24,434 nucleotides of DNA from an uncultured Thermococci archaeon (GTDB lineage Archaea > Methanobacteriota_B > Thermococci > Thermococcales > Thermococcaceae): contig CAZTOS010000031.1 of NCBI GenBank assembly GCA_964615185.1, positions 1 through 24,434 on the forward strand, read 5' to 3'. This document shows, piece after piece, positions 9,166 through 19,551 of the stretch; the stretch's first letter is position 1; each line of letters starts with the position of its first letter. The position numbers and the translations under genes are program-made. The notes beneath the pieces are model-generated. The model ran no database searches. It had not been told where the DNA came from and saw nothing but the letters and a program-made list of their open reading frames with translations.

Positions 9166-10590
9166 GTGGCTGAAGACATTGAAGAAAAGATCAGAAAACT
9201 TAGAGAGTTAGGAAGGGCTCCACTTCAGCGAGAAACAAAACCTACAAAACCTATTCCTCTTGCTGAGTCTCAAAAGAAAATCTCCAAAATTGGGGCTTTG
9301 AGAGAAAAAGAAAGAAAGAAGAGGATACTAATTGGAGCATTTGTTATAATTGTAATCATTTTGATTGCTTCTATTGGTATCTACACCCTCATCCAAAAAC
9401 AACAAACGAAAAAACTTGAAGCAATAAAACAAGCGAAAATAGCTGAGGTTAATACCTATTTCAAAGGTGAACTGGCAAATGATACTGTAAAATTTGAATT
9501 AATCAAACGGATAAAATCTGCCAAAAGTATTGAGGAGCTTAATAAGATTAATGTAAAAGCAGCATATGAGAAAAGATTGGCTGAAATACGAAAACAAAAA
9601 GAGGTAGAAAGCAAAAAGAAAGAAGTTGAGGAGTTAAATATGCTAAAAAGTCAGCAGATTATAGTAATTACTCAGGCATTTGACCAGTTGCTATCACAGC
9701 CTCTACCTGAGGATATTAGAACTGAAGCCATCAATATATTGAACGAACTCAAACAAAGAGTTAATGAAGCTAAGACCAAGGAAGAAGTTCTTTCTGTTGA
9801 TCCAAATCCATACTTAACTAACCTTTGGAAGAAGTATTACTTTTACTTGATTGACGCAACTCCGACACAGCAAGTTATTCTCAGAAAGGATAATGAGTCT
9901 CATATTTATACAAAAATCGAAGCTAAGCAAGTTTTAGGAAAAATAACTGATTATCATGAGTTAATGAAATACAGTGTTGAGAAAGTTGAGATGGTTAAAA
10001 TGGCACTAGTGGTGAAACGGGAGAATGTTGTGGGAGCATTTTTGTCTTCAGGGGATAAGATAAAAATCTATGCCAAAAACCAGACGAATGGGAAATATTT
10101 TGAAATTGCTGATGAAGGTTATTTAGATTTGATATTACTTCCAACTTCAGCTGGCCAAATATCACTCAGTGAGTCTCAAGGAGAGGGGAGTTCAATTTCG
10201 TCCTCATCTTCAACAGAGTATACCACGTCTCAATCGACATCATACAATGTTGGAGAAGAATCTCTTTCAAATTCTCAATCAAATACTAATCAATATTCCA
10301 CAACCCAATCAAGTAGTGAAAGTTCAAGTGCATATTACAATTATAATGTTAATCTTGCTGAAGTTTTAAAAGCGATAGCTGCCGGGAAAATTAATGCTCC
10401 GGATGATGTGAAAGAACAGCTCTCCAAATATGGATGGAAAATTATTAATTTAGAAAACGATACAAGAATGCTTGTACTTGATCCTAATACTGAAGTATTT
10501 GTTATTTTCGAAGTTCCCTCAGATTTTGTCCCAAAGATATTAGAGTATAAAAATGAAATATACATAGTAAAAATTGAAACTGGGGGGTAA
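9166..10590 (+). CDS. DUF515-like membrane-anchored coiled-coil protein (pilus-cluster associated)
   Basis: EDIEEKIRKLRELG start, single TM helix, coiled coil, Ser/Thr-rich insert; SD GGTGGTG before GTG 9166; heads the ATPase-TadC cluster. Confidence 0.75.
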   Translation: MAEDIEEKIRKLRELGRAPLQRETKPTKPIPLAESQKKISKIGALREKERKKRILIGAFVIIVIILIASIGIYTLIQKQQTKKLEAIKQAKIAEVNTYFKGELANDTVKFELIKRIKSAKSIEELNKINVKAAYEKRLAEIRKQKEVESKKKEVEELNMLKSQQIIVITQAFDQLLSQPLPEDIRTEAINILNELKQRVNEAKTKEEVLSVDPNPYLTNLWKKYYFYLIDATPTQQVILRKDNESHIYTKIEAKQVLGKITDYHELMKYSVEKVEMVKMALVVKRENVVGAFLSSGDKIKIYAKNQTNGKYFEIADEGYLDLILLPTSAGQISLSESQGEGSSISSSSSTEYTTSQSTSYNVGEESLSNSQSNTNQYSTTQSSSESSSAYYNYNVNLAEVLKAIAAGKINAPDDVKEQLSKYGWKIINLENDTRMLVLDPNTEVFVIFEVPSDFVPKILEYKNEIYIVKIETGG

Positions 10591-10593
10591 TCT

Positions 10594-11460
10594 ATGAGAA
10601 AATTTCTGATCTTGTTATTTTTGTTAATATTGATTGAATTAAGCCTTCCATCGGTAAGTGGTAGTCCCATTGGAGAGTTATCAATGAATTTAAATGTTAC
10701 CTTAGTAAATCCTACCCCTTTTTCAAAATTCGTGATTGTGAATCCCCAATATAGCTACACACTATACAGAGAATCCTATAGGGGGATAGAGAAGTTAAAT
10801 TCTTTGCCCGGATTTTGGATAGATCCATATGAAAGTTTAAAGGTCAATGTCATGATAAACGAAACAATACTGATTCCGGCAAATTATACATCTAAGACCA
10901 CCAACATTTTCCAGGGGATAGTGTATCCAAAACTCGTTGTATCTCCAAAAATGCTTAAAATCTCTGATGTTATTATGGGGGATATTATGATTGTAAAGTA
11001 CCATGGAAAAGTCGAACTTAGGATTGAGAATTCGCCTTATGACGGGAACTATGTTTTTGCAGTAGGCATGCCTGTAATTTTTGTAGAAGCAACGCACTAT
11101 GATTTTAATCCCGAATATACCATGTGGTTTAAGGATTATTCCGCATTCTTGAAATCTTACCTCTCTCTCAAAACATATAGCAACAAGTCTATGGGAATTT
11201 TAAACACTACTAAAAAGAATTTTGTATTGTTTTCCCTTTCTGATAGGTTAATTACTGGCAAAGCAGTAAGAGAAAGTGTTCAGCTTAGAAACTATGATAA
11301 AGATAAAGTTGATTTCCCGATATGGGTAATATGGCTTGGGGAAAGTAGTATTGATATAAGTTATCAGGTAAAGTGGGAGAATGTAAAAAGGGTGAGTTCC
11401 AGTGGAAGAAAAGAAAAAGAAAAAATCTGGGTTATTTTGGATAAACGAAATATTGAATAA
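10594..11460 (+). CDS. Hypothetical secreted protein of the pilus cluster
   Basis: 288-aa ORF with signal peptide MRKFLILLFLLILIELS; SD GGGGGT; operonic position. Confidence 0.8.
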   Translation: MRKFLILLFLLILIELSLPSVSGSPIGELSMNLNVTLVNPTPFSKFVIVNPQYSYTLYRESYRGIEKLNSLPGFWIDPYESLKVNVMINETILIPANYTSKTTNIFQGIVYPKLVVSPKMLKISDVIMGDIMIVKYHGKVELRIENSPYDGNYVFAVGMPVIFVEATHYDFNPEYTMWFKDYSAFLKSYLSLKTYSNKSMGILNTTKKNFVLFSLSDRLITGKAVRESVQLRNYDKDKVDFPIWVIWLGESSIDISYQVKWENVKRVSSSGRKEKEKIWVILDKRNIE

Positions 11461-14400
11461 AGGTGCAACTCCCCTTGAGGATCTCCTTAAAGAAGAATCT
11501 GGTAAGGGGGGGATTGAGGAGAGAGAAAAGAGTAGTTTACCAATTTTTTATGAAACTTCTGAGGAGTCTACATCCGATACACTGATAAAGTCTACTCCAG
11601 AGGCTTCAATTGCACTCCAGCGAATTTTAGGAGAAGCTCAATCTCAACAAAGAAAACTGCCTTTCTTAGCTCCTGAAAGTGAGATTGAAGTATTAGCGGA
11701 GTATGGAAATGTGAGGATAATAAAAGCTAAATGGGAACCAGTGCCCATTTATGAGCTCAAATTACCCAAACTCAGCAATGAAGAGAAAAAGCTACTCAAC
11801 ATGATTAAAGATAGAGCTGTTGTGCAAATTAGGGTAAATCCAGAGAGTATCCCAGATATTGAAGAGAGAAGAAGGATATTCTTTAAGGCAATAAAACAAT
11901 TGGCTAAAGACATGGCGCCAACGTTTTCTGAAGGAAAAATTGAGTTGTTTGCTCAATTGATTGTTCAAGATATGATTGGTTACGGAAAGATAGATCCGTT
12001 GGTGAGAGATGATAATCTCGAAGAAATTATGGTTATCGGGGTGAGAAAACCAGTATATGTATGGCACAGAAAATTTAACATGTGCAGAACAAATATTGTT
12101 TTTGAGAGTGAAAGGGAACTCTTAAATATCATAGAGAGAATTGCGAGAGAAGTCGGTAGAAGAATTGATCAACAAAGCCCGCTTTTAGATGCTCGTTTAG
12201 CAGATGGGAGCAGAGTAAATGCTACAATCCCACCCATAAGCTTGGATGGTCCTACTTTAACAATTAGAAAATTCAAAAAAGACAAATTGACTATTATCGA
12301 CTTAATTAGATATGGTACGTTTAGCTTAGACATCGCTGCGTTACTGTGGATTTTTGTCGATGGCTTAGGAGTTAAGCCTGCAAACATTCTTGTAGCTGGT
12401 GGAACTGGTTCTGGTAAAACAACTACATTGAACTCCCTTGCAATGTTTATACCTCCTAATGAGAGGGTTATCAGTATAGAGGATACAGCAGAATTGCAGT
12501 TGCCCATTGAGCACTGGGTTAGATTAGAAACAAGGCCACCAAATATTGAAGGAAAGGGAGAAATCACAATGGATGATCTTGTTAAGAATACATTGCGTAT
12601 GAGACCTGATAGGATTATTATCGGTGAGGTAAGAGGACCTGAAGCAAGAACAATGTTTACAGCAATGAATACGGGACATAATGGAGCGTTATATGATTTC
12701 TCAATAATACAGCTTTCTGATGGAAGATTTGAATTAATCGGCACGCTTTGTAACAAATTGTTTGAGAGATACAAGGAGAAAATAAGAACGTACAAAGATT
12801 TGGAGTACATTGAGCTGGAGGAAAAGGATCGCTTTAATGTTGTTAGCGTTGGACCCGATTTGAAGTCTGGCACTCATACGGTCTCAAAGATATGGAGAAG
12901 GAAAGTAAGGGAAGGAGAGAAGCTTATGAAAATTACGACAAGGACAGGCAATGAAGTTATCCTCACAAAAACTCATCCATTCTTTGTGTTCTCTGATGGT
13001 GATGTCGTTAGAAAAGAGGCAGCAAAGCTCAAGGTTGGGGATAGGGTTGCAGTAATGATGAGACCTCCAAAGGTGCCAAATAGGGGTTACAAAGTCTCTC
13101 TGGAAATGTATTCAGGGATAAGTCGCTACTACCTTGTTCCGAATGGAAATGGGGATATTCGGATTTTAGGAAAGAGATACAAGAAAGTGAAGAACAATGG
13201 AGTACCCCCAGAGGATGCTGAATATCTTATGTCAATAAACTCAGCACCTGTAAAAATCGTTAGAGAGCTTGATGGCAGGCTTTCATATATCGCTGGGGTT
13301 ATTCTTGGAGATGGGTACATATCTTCAAATGGCTATTATATATCTGCAACATTTGATGACGAAGGGTATATGAGTGCGTTCATAAATGCCGTAAAGGAGT
13401 ATCTTCCAAATTCAGAACCAGCTATAAAAGACAATGGAACGAGCAAAGTCGTAACCTTTGGTTCCAAGATATTTGCTGAGATGCTATCAAGGATATTCTC
13501 AATTCCAAAGGGCAAAAAATCAGATGGCTGGAACGTACCTGATGCTGTGTTACACAGTGAGGATTTTATAAGGCATTTTATAGCTGGTCTCTTTGATGCC
13601 GATGCATACGTTGATAGCAAAGGTCCTTCAATAATGCTAATAACGAAAAGCGAAAATGGTGCAAGAAAGATATGGTATGCTCTCCAAAGGCTTGGTATTA
13701 TAAGCACGGTATCAAAACAAAAGAATAGAGGCTTCAAAGAAGGCTATATCTTTAGAGTCATAGTAAGAGGCATTGAGGACTTGAAAAAGTTCTATGAGCT
13801 AATTCCTCTTCAAAATACCAAGCGTAGAGAAGAACTCCGGAAGATTATAGAGAACAAGAAGAACTATCGCGGAAATCATGTTTATCGCATACCAATTTCC
13901 AGCAAGATGATAAAGCCGTTGAGGGAAAGATTGAACTTAACTGTGACAGAGCTCTCCAAACTGGCCTCAACCTATGCGGGAGAGAAAGTTTCGGAAAGCT
14001 TAATCAGGCATATTGAACATAACAGAGCATCTGAAATCAGACGCTCAGCTCTCAAAGGAATAGCGTTAGCTTTTCAGAGGGTTGCTCGGGATATTAACGA
14101 CTCAGAAGCATGGGCATTTGCAAAGAGACTCGAGCTCCTTGCTGATGGGGATGTTTACTGGGATGAAGTTGTTAGTGTCGAAGAAGTTGATCCAAAGGAA
14201 CTTGGGATAGAGTATCTCTATGATCTTACGGTTGAGGATGACCACAACTATGTTGCAAATGGTATTTTGGTATCCAATTGTATGGGAACAATACACTCTA
14301 ATTCAGCAAGAGAGACTATTATAAGGCTTGAAAGCCCTCCAATGAATGTTCCAAGGATTATGATACCTGCACTGGATATTATAATAATGCAGGTAAGATA

Positions 14401-14776
14401 TCATAGCAGAAAAAGAGGAACCTTAAGGAGGATAGTTGAAATTTCCGAGGTCTCGGGGATTGAAGGAGATAGTGTCCAGCTTAATACATTATACAAATAT
14501 GATCCAGCAAAAGATACACTTGTCTCGACAGGAGTGCCGAGTAGGTTCATGAATACACTCTCTCAGTTTTCTGGATTCACTTTGAAGGAGTTGGAATTTG
14601 AAAAGGAGAAGAGAAAATTAGTGTTGGAGTGGTTATTGGAGAAAGGCATTAGATCACTATCAGAAGTTGGGCAGTATATACGACATTTCTATATTGATCC
14701 AGATGAACTTCTAAAAACTATTGAACAAGAAGCATCTTCCATGGAACTTGCAAATAAAGTTAAGGAGTTTATATAG
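11402..14776 (+). CDS. klbA: Type IV pilus/type II-IV secretion assembly ATPase (KlbA/CpaF/VirB11 family), intein-containing
   Basis: DARLADGSRVNA, Walker A GGTGSGKTT, IEDTAEL, LRMRPDRIIIGEVRG; spliced junction TGHNG/CMGTIH. Confidence 0.93.
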   Translation: MEEKKKKKSGLFWINEILNKGATPLEDLLKEESGKGGIEEREKSSLPIFYETSEESTSDTLIKSTPEASIALQRILGEAQSQQRKLPFLAPESEIEVLAEYGNVRIIKAKWEPVPIYELKLPKLSNEEKKLLNMIKDRAVVQIRVNPESIPDIEERRRIFFKAIKQLAKDMAPTFSEGKIELFAQLIVQDMIGYGKIDPLVRDDNLEEIMVIGVRKPVYVWHRKFNMCRTNIVFESERELLNIIERIAREVGRRIDQQSPLLDARLADGSRVNATIPPISLDGPTLTIRKFKKDKLTIIDLIRYGTFSLDIAALLWIFVDGLGVKPANILVAGGTGSGKTTTLNSLAMFIPPNERVISIEDTAELQLPIEHWVRLETRPPNIEGKGEITMDDLVKNTLRMRPDRIIIGEVRGPEARTMFTAMNTGHNGALYDFSIIQLSDGRFELIGTLCNKLFERYKEKIRTYKDLEYIELEEKDRFNVVSVGPDLKSGTHTVSKIWRRKVREGEKLMKITTRTGNEVILTKTHPFFVFSDGDVVRKEAAKLKVGDRVAVMMRPPKVPNRGYKVSLEMYSGISRYYLVPNGNGDIRILGKRYKKVKNNGVPPEDAEYLMSINSAPVKIVRELDGRLSYIAGVILGDGYISSNGYYISATFDDEGYMSAFINAVKEYLPNSEPAIKDNGTSKVVTFGSKIFAEMLSRIFSIPKGKKSDGWNVPDAVLHSEDFIRHFIAGLFDADAYVDSKGPSIMLITKSENGARKIWYALQRLGIISTVSKQKNRGFKEGYIFRVIVRGIEDLKKFYELIPLQNTKRREELRKIIENKKNYRGNHVYRIPISSKMIKPLRERLNLTVTELSKLASTYAGEKVSESLIRHIEHNRASEIRRSALKGIALAFQRVARDINDSEAWAFAKRLELLADGDVYWDEVVSVEEVDPKELGIEYLYDLTVEDDHNYVANGILVSNCMGTIHSNSARETIIRLESPPMNVPRIMIPALDIIIMQVRYHSRKRGTLRRIVEISEVSGIEGDSVQLNTLYKYDPAKDTLVSTGVPSRFMNTLSQFSGFTLKELEFEKEKRKLVLEWLLEKGIRSLSEVGQYIRHFYIDPDELLKTIEQEASSMELANKVKEFI
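12686..14278 (+). mobile_element. KlbA intein (531 aa), Ala1 type, with LAGLIDADG endonuclease and HTH insert
   Basis: Starts ALYDFSIIQLSDG; block B TKTHPFF; motifs IAGVILGDG and IAGLFDADA; block F YLYDLTVEDDHNYVANG; ends VSN followed by Cys+1. Confidence 0.93.
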
Positions 14777-14800
14777 TAGTGTTCATGGTTAGTTTATAAC

Positions 14801-15874
14801 ATGGTGGTGGCATTGGACATTAAGGTAAAACTACTCCGTGTTCTTGAAAGAATTGGGGAGGTAACTATAGAAGTTAGTGAAAAGCCTATTAGAAGAGTTC
14901 CAAAAGGTAGAAGTCTTCAAGAGCAAATAGCCCTTTTGAAACAATTAAAGAAAGAGATTGAAACAGAGGAAAAGGAAGAGGAAGAAATACCTATTGAAGA
15001 GATACTGGAAATGAGACTTGAAGAAATTCAAAGTCCCTTGTCCAAAAGACTTACAGATGCTGTTTTAAAATATTTCAGAGGTCCAGTTGAATTAATAACA
15101 AAATCACTTAAAGGCCTTGATAGAGATCTGTATAGGGCAAATATGCGAATTTTTAAGGAAAGATATGTAGCCCTGATGTTGATTTTATCTTTTTTAGCTG
15201 GAATCTTTTCTTTTATTTTTGCAACCCTCGTTATGGTACCTATCAGCATAGCATTTATGATTGGCTTATTGGGTTTTATCATTACCTTTGTGTACATGCG
15301 TCATTATCCCAAAGTTGTCTGGAGAAACAGGGTAGCTGAAGTAGAAAAGGCACTCCCTTATATACTAAGACACATGGCAGCATTATTAAGTGCAGGAGTA
15401 GGTATAGCCGAGACATTAGTTTCAATTTCTCGGGCTGATTACGGAGTGGCCTCTGAGGAATTTGCAATTGTTGTAAGAGAGATGCAAACAGGATCATCCT
15501 TTGAGGAGGCGTTAACAAACTTTGAAAGGAGGATGAATTCAGAGAACATTAGTAGGGTTGTAAAACAAATTTTAAGGGCAATAAGATTTGGTGGTAACTT
15601 AGCTGAGATTCTTTACAAAATGGCTGAGGATTTTTCTTTTGAATACAGGATGAAATTAGTTGATTATGTTCAAAAAATTGGTGGAGTGGCTTTTGTTTAC
15701 ATGTTTATCACGACTGTTATGCCAACACTGTTAATTGTAGCAGTTTTGGCAGCTTCTATAATGGCAAAAAGGCTTATATTACCAATCTCAGGCTTGGCAG
15801 TGATACTAATTTTTGGTTTCCCCATGCTGGCGTTTGTGATGATTGTCATGATAAAGCGTAGAGAACCGAGGTGA
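14801..15874 (+). CDS. Type II secretion system F family (TadB/TadC-like) platform protein
   Basis: EKALPYILRHMAALLSAGVG..GSSFEEAL..FGGNLAEIL with multiple TM segments; follows the ATPase. Confidence 0.9.
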   Translation: MVVALDIKVKLLRVLERIGEVTIEVSEKPIRRVPKGRSLQEQIALLKQLKKEIETEEKEEEEIPIEEILEMRLEEIQSPLSKRLTDAVLKYFRGPVELITKSLKGLDRDLYRANMRIFKERYVALMLILSFLAGIFSFIFATLVMVPISIAFMIGLLGFIITFVYMRHYPKVVWRNRVAEVEKALPYILRHMAALLSAGVGIAETLVSISRADYGVASEEFAIVVREMQTGSSFEEALTNFERRMNSENISRVVKQILRAIRFGGNLAEILYKMAEDFSFEYRMKLVDYVQKIGGVAFVYMFITTVMPTLLIVAVLAASIMAKRLILPISGLAVILIFGFPMLAFVMIVMIKRREPR

Positions 15875-16798
15875 ATGTCAATGAGAAGATACTCATTCCG
15901 CCGATGGAGGATTATTGTCTATTTGATCTCCAAGATGATCCCTGAAAAAGTCTTAAAAAGGTATGAGTTCTTACTTTATTCCGCGGGAATAAAGTTCTTG
16001 GCTGAGGAATATATAACAATCTCAATTTTGTCTTCTTTTGGTGTGTTAATAGGCACATATTTTGTTACCAAAAATATCCTCTATGCTCTTCTTGGATGTG
16101 TGATGGCACTGATTTTGCTTCTTATAGTCTATCCAAACTGGAGGATTTCAAAAAGGATAGCTGAAATGGAACAAATGTTGCCAGATGCGTTTTTTTATCT
16201 TGCCAGCACCTTGAGGGCAGGAGTCTCTTTTCCAGAAGCATTAGAAGACATTACAAGAACAAAATTTGGAGCATTGACTGAAGAATTTAGAAGAACAGTT
16301 GAAGAGGTGAAAAAAGGAAAATCAATCGCTGAAGCATTACGGGCACTTGCCCTTAGAAATAAAAGATCCCCAATTATTTATCGTTCAATGATGATTATAA
16401 TTGAAGCACTGGAAAGAGGAGCCCCCATGGCGGATATTCTGGTGTATGTAGCAAATGATGTAAGAGATATACTTCGAATAAAACATGAAAGAAAGGCATC
16501 AACAGGTATGCAGGCAATGTTTTTCATAGCATCAAGTGGTTTTGTTGGGCCTTTAATAGTTGGGATGGTTTCTCAACTTGCTGCCGGATTAAGTGCTCCA
16601 GGAATGGGGGTAGTATTGCCGGTAGATGAATTGAAGACAATTTTAATGCTTTTTGTCATAATCCAGGGTGTGATTTCTGGAATAGGCATTGGGATCATAA
16701 GAGAAGGTAGCTATTTCAGTGGGATTAAATACAGTATACTTTTAGCTATAATGGCAGGTGTGGTATTCAAAGTTGCAACCAGCATAAAAATACTCTGA
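15875..16798 (+). CDS. Second type II secretion system F family (TadC-like) protein
   Basis: EQMLPDAFFYLASTLRAGVSFPEAL..GAPMADIL; start may be ATG 15881 given SD spacing. Confidence 0.9.
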   Translation: MSMRRYSFRRWRIIVYLISKMIPEKVLKRYEFLLYSAGIKFLAEEYITISILSSFGVLIGTYFVTKNILYALLGCVMALILLLIVYPNWRISKRIAEMEQMLPDAFFYLASTLRAGVSFPEALEDITRTKFGALTEEFRRTVEEVKKGKSIAEALRALALRNKRSPIIYRSMMIIIEALERGAPMADILVYVANDVRDILRIKHERKASTGMQAMFFIASSGFVGPLIVGMVSQLAAGLSAPGMGVVLPVDELKTILMLFVIIQGVISGIGIGIIREGSYFSGIKYSILLAIMAGVVFKVATSIKIL

Positions 16799-16853
16799 AA
16801 CAAAGAAAAATTGAAAATTTGAGACTGAAATATTCTTAATGGAAAAATGGACT

Positions 16854-17321
16854 CTATTTATTTCCTTTTTGTACATCTACTATCTCAATTTCAAAGATTA
16901 AGGTTTTTCCAGCCAGTGGATGGTTGAAGTCTAATGTGACATTTTCTTCTCCAACATCTGCAATCTTTGCTATACCACTATCCGTCATGACATACATGTC
17001 TTTAACTGGTTCTATTCCTGCATTCTCAAAATCTGAACGGGGAATATTAATGATGAGATCTTCCCTGGGCATTCCATATCCAAGTTCCGGGGGGATTGTT
17101 ACGGTTTTCTTTTCCCCAACTTCCATTCCGATTAAGGCTTCATCCAGTCCGGGAATTAGTTCACCAACTCCAACATTAGCGCCTATAGGCCCATATTTGC
17201 GATCTTCAACGTAAATACCTGCTTTCTTTGCGATGTCCTCATAACTTGTATCAAAAATTTCTCCATCTTCGAATTTTCCAACGTAGTTAAAAACTACAAA
17301 ATTTCCTTTTTCAACCTTCAT
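16854..17321 (-). CDS. Short FKBP-type peptidyl-prolyl isomerase (SlyD-like)
   Basis: YVGKFEDGEIFDTS, LIPGLDEALIGM, DFNHPLAGKTLIF; SD GGTGA before ATG 17321. Confidence 0.95.
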   Translation of the reverse strand: MKVEKGNFVVFNYVGKFEDGEIFDTSYEDIAKKAGIYVEDRKYGPIGANVGVGELIPGLDEALIGMEVGEKKTVTIPPELGYGMPREDLIINIPRSDFENAGIEPVKDMYVMTDSGIAKIADVGEENVTLDFNHPLAGKTLIFEIEIVDVQKGNK

Positions 17322-17448
17322 TTTCTTCACCAAACTTCCTTGATAATCCCCATAGTGATAACACCTTTATAACGTTTTTGGTTAATATTATACAATTTTG
17401 GGAAAAGTATATATACAATGCCGATGATCAATGTCTGGAGGTTATATT

Positions 17449-17745
17449 ATGGGATATTTTGCTGAAATGCTTAAGAGAGAGTTTGAAAGGCTTGATGTTA
17501 AGGATATCTACACTACCAAGCTTGGAAATAGGAATATAGAGATTCTTGAAGTTAGTGTTTATGACACTAAGTTTCTTGCCATGTTTCAGAGTGAAGAGAG
17601 GAAGCACGGGTTATATCTTTGGTCCTTGATAATAACAAGTGCAAATAATACGAGGACGATTCAGGGCATGGATAGGCTTGATACTTTAAAGATGAGAATT
17701 AAAGAGAATGTGAGAGCAATAATGGAAGGCATGGAAAAGAGTTAA
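17449..17745 (+). CDS. Hypothetical protein (98 aa)
   Basis: SD GGAGGT at 17437-17442; BRE-TATA GAAAAGTATATATA at 17402-17415. Confidence 0.8.
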   Translation: MGYFAEMLKREFERLDVKDIYTTKLGNRNIEILEVSVYDTKFLAMFQSEERKHGLYLWSLIITSANNTRTIQGMDRLDTLKMRIKENVRAIMEGMEKS

Positions 17746-18239
17746 TCTTCCGGAAGCAAGTAGTAGAGGTAGTGCGGTCTATTTGTAAATTCATCTATGA
17801 AGACTACAACGCCGTTCTTTGGTGGCTTTAGGTAGTGAACTTCACCTTTTTTTGTTGTTACAGCAGCAAATGCATCACTTTTTCTTACCCTATTGCCAAC
17901 ACCGGCTATCAAGGTTACTACATAACCCTCAACAGGTAGGATCATTAATTCATCTCCTTTGTGCAATCTAATTTCTGTTCTCCTATCTGGTAAAACAATT
18001 ATGGCATCGCAGAGCATTTTGTGGTCGTATTTATCAACATAAAAGTGAAATCTATCATACACATCTTTTTTCAGAATTTTTGCTTTTTCTTTGTCTATAA
18101 ACTCTGGAATCCTCTCGCCTTTTTTGAGTCTCACTTCAATGTTTTCCTGAATGATTATGCAGTCAGCTTTAGCTTTTCCCTCTTTATCAAAGCAATCTTC
18201 GTATGAAGATTCCACATATAACCGAGGTATTCTCTCCAT
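17742..18239 (-). CDS. DUF2118-like protein (biotinyl/lipoyl-fold-like C-terminus)
   Basis: PVEGYVV..VGNRVRKSDAFAAVTTKKGEVHYLKPPKNGVVVFIDE; upstream GGTGA and AAAAAGTTTTA. Confidence 0.7.
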   Translation of the reverse strand: MERIPRLYVESSYEDCFDKEGKAKADCIIIQENIEVRLKKGERIPEFIDKEKAKILKKDVYDRFHFYVDKYDHKMLCDAIIVLPDRRTEIRLHKGDELMILPVEGYVVTLIAGVGNRVRKSDAFAAVTTKKGEVHYLKPPKNGVVVFIDEFTNRPHYLYYLLPED

Positions 18240-18311
18240 GCATTAGTCACCTAACTTTTTCAATAATGTAAAACTTTTTAAGTTTATCTATCATAACTAC
18301 TTCCGATTGAA

Positions 18312-19151
18312 ATGGTGCGAAAGGTATGGGTGTTGTTTTTGGCGTTATTTTTGCTAATGTCATTGATGATGAGCGGTCAGGCCAAAATAGGAGAAATTTC
18401 AAAAGGCTCTCAAAATTATCACTGGGTTGGCATGTTTTTTGGAATTATCGTAATAGCGGCGGGCTTTATTATTCTCCAAATACTTCTGAGCTGGCAGGAT
18501 CTTCCTACAAAAGGTAGGAATGAGGGAATCAATTGGCAAATAATAGTTGCAATTTTTGCTGGAACGTTGGTGCTTTCTTTACCCTTGCTTTATGTGGTTT
18601 CTAAAGCTAAGCTCTCTCCGATGATGGCAAATAATACCACCACACAAGGGGTGTATGTTGTTAACGGGAGCTATCACGTTTCATACTATGAAAAATACTT
18701 TAGAAACCCAGTTTTTCTCGGAAATCCGAACATAAAAATTATTCTTTATGGATTTTTTGGCACAATATCAGTAGCGTTGATATACCTCTCAATGGCATTC
18801 TACAAAGACTTAAGTGCTAAAAGGAGGATAAAGAAACTTAAGGAGGAAGTTCAAGAGTTTGATAGAAAGCTTAGGGAGGAAGGGATTTCATTCATTGGAG
18901 ATCCCAAAGATATCGTCGTTAAGCTATACAAAAATGCCGTCATATGGCTTGAAATTTTGGGAATTCCCTATAAAGAAAGCTGGACTCACTGGGAGCATGC
19001 AGAGAGGGTAAAATACAAGCATGATGCATATGTTGAACTTGCACGGCTTTTTGAAAAAGCCAAGTATGCTCCAGAAAAAGTGACAATGGAAGATGCTAAA
19101 AGGGCTTATGAACTTTACCTAATAATTAAGGGTGAGGGGCATGAGGATTAG
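18312..19151 (+). CDS. Membrane protein with C-terminal DUF4129-like domain
   Basis: Several TM segments; SWTHWEH..LARLFEKAKYA motif; precedes MoxR/DUF58. Confidence 0.8.
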   Translation: MVRKVWVLFLALFLLMSLMMSGQAKIGEISKGSQNYHWVGMFFGIIVIAAGFIILQILLSWQDLPTKGRNEGINWQIIVAIFAGTLVLSLPLLYVVSKAKLSPMMANNTTTQGVYVVNGSYHVSYYEKYFRNPVFLGNPNIKIILYGFFGTISVALIYLSMAFYKDLSAKRRIKKLKEEVQEFDRKLREEGISFIGDPKDIVVKLYKNAVIWLEILGIPYKESWTHWEHAERVKYKHDAYVELARLFEKAKYAPEKVTMEDAKRAYELYLIIKGEGHED

Positions 19152-19551
19152 TAAAGCGTTGTTTCTTGCAGTCCCGTTTGCCTTAATGGCATTTTTGGCT
19201 GGCTCTTATTTGATAAGATGGTTGGGTGTTATGATAGCGGGAGTTATTCTAATTGTGGTTCTCTTTGGCTTGGAACTTCAAAGTGAATACGTCCCGAGAA
19301 GAAAGCGAAACTTGATTTCCGGAAAAAGTGAGCTTGAGAGATTGACTTCTGTTGTGAAGAGAGCTAAAAAAGGGAAGATAGCGAGAGAAATTATTGCAGA
19401 GGAAATCCAGGAGATTTACGCTCTCCTTTCTGATGAAAATCCTAACGAGGCATTGGAACTCATTTATTCTGAAGGAGACTTTTATGAAAATCTGAAAAAG
19501 GCCTTGGAAATTGTGGAGGCGGATTTGAATGAAGATAGAAGAGGTGCATGA
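19141..19551 (+). CDS. Hypothetical membrane protein
   Basis: SD GGTGAGGGG before ATG 19141; two N-terminal TM helices; overlaps both neighbours. Confidence 0.8.
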   Translation: MRISKALFLAVPFALMAFLAGSYLIRWLGVMIAGVILIVVLFGLELQSEYVPRRKRNLISGKSELERLTSVVKRAKKGKIAREIIAEEIQEIYALLSDENPNEALELIYSEGDFYENLKKALEIVEADLNEDRRGA

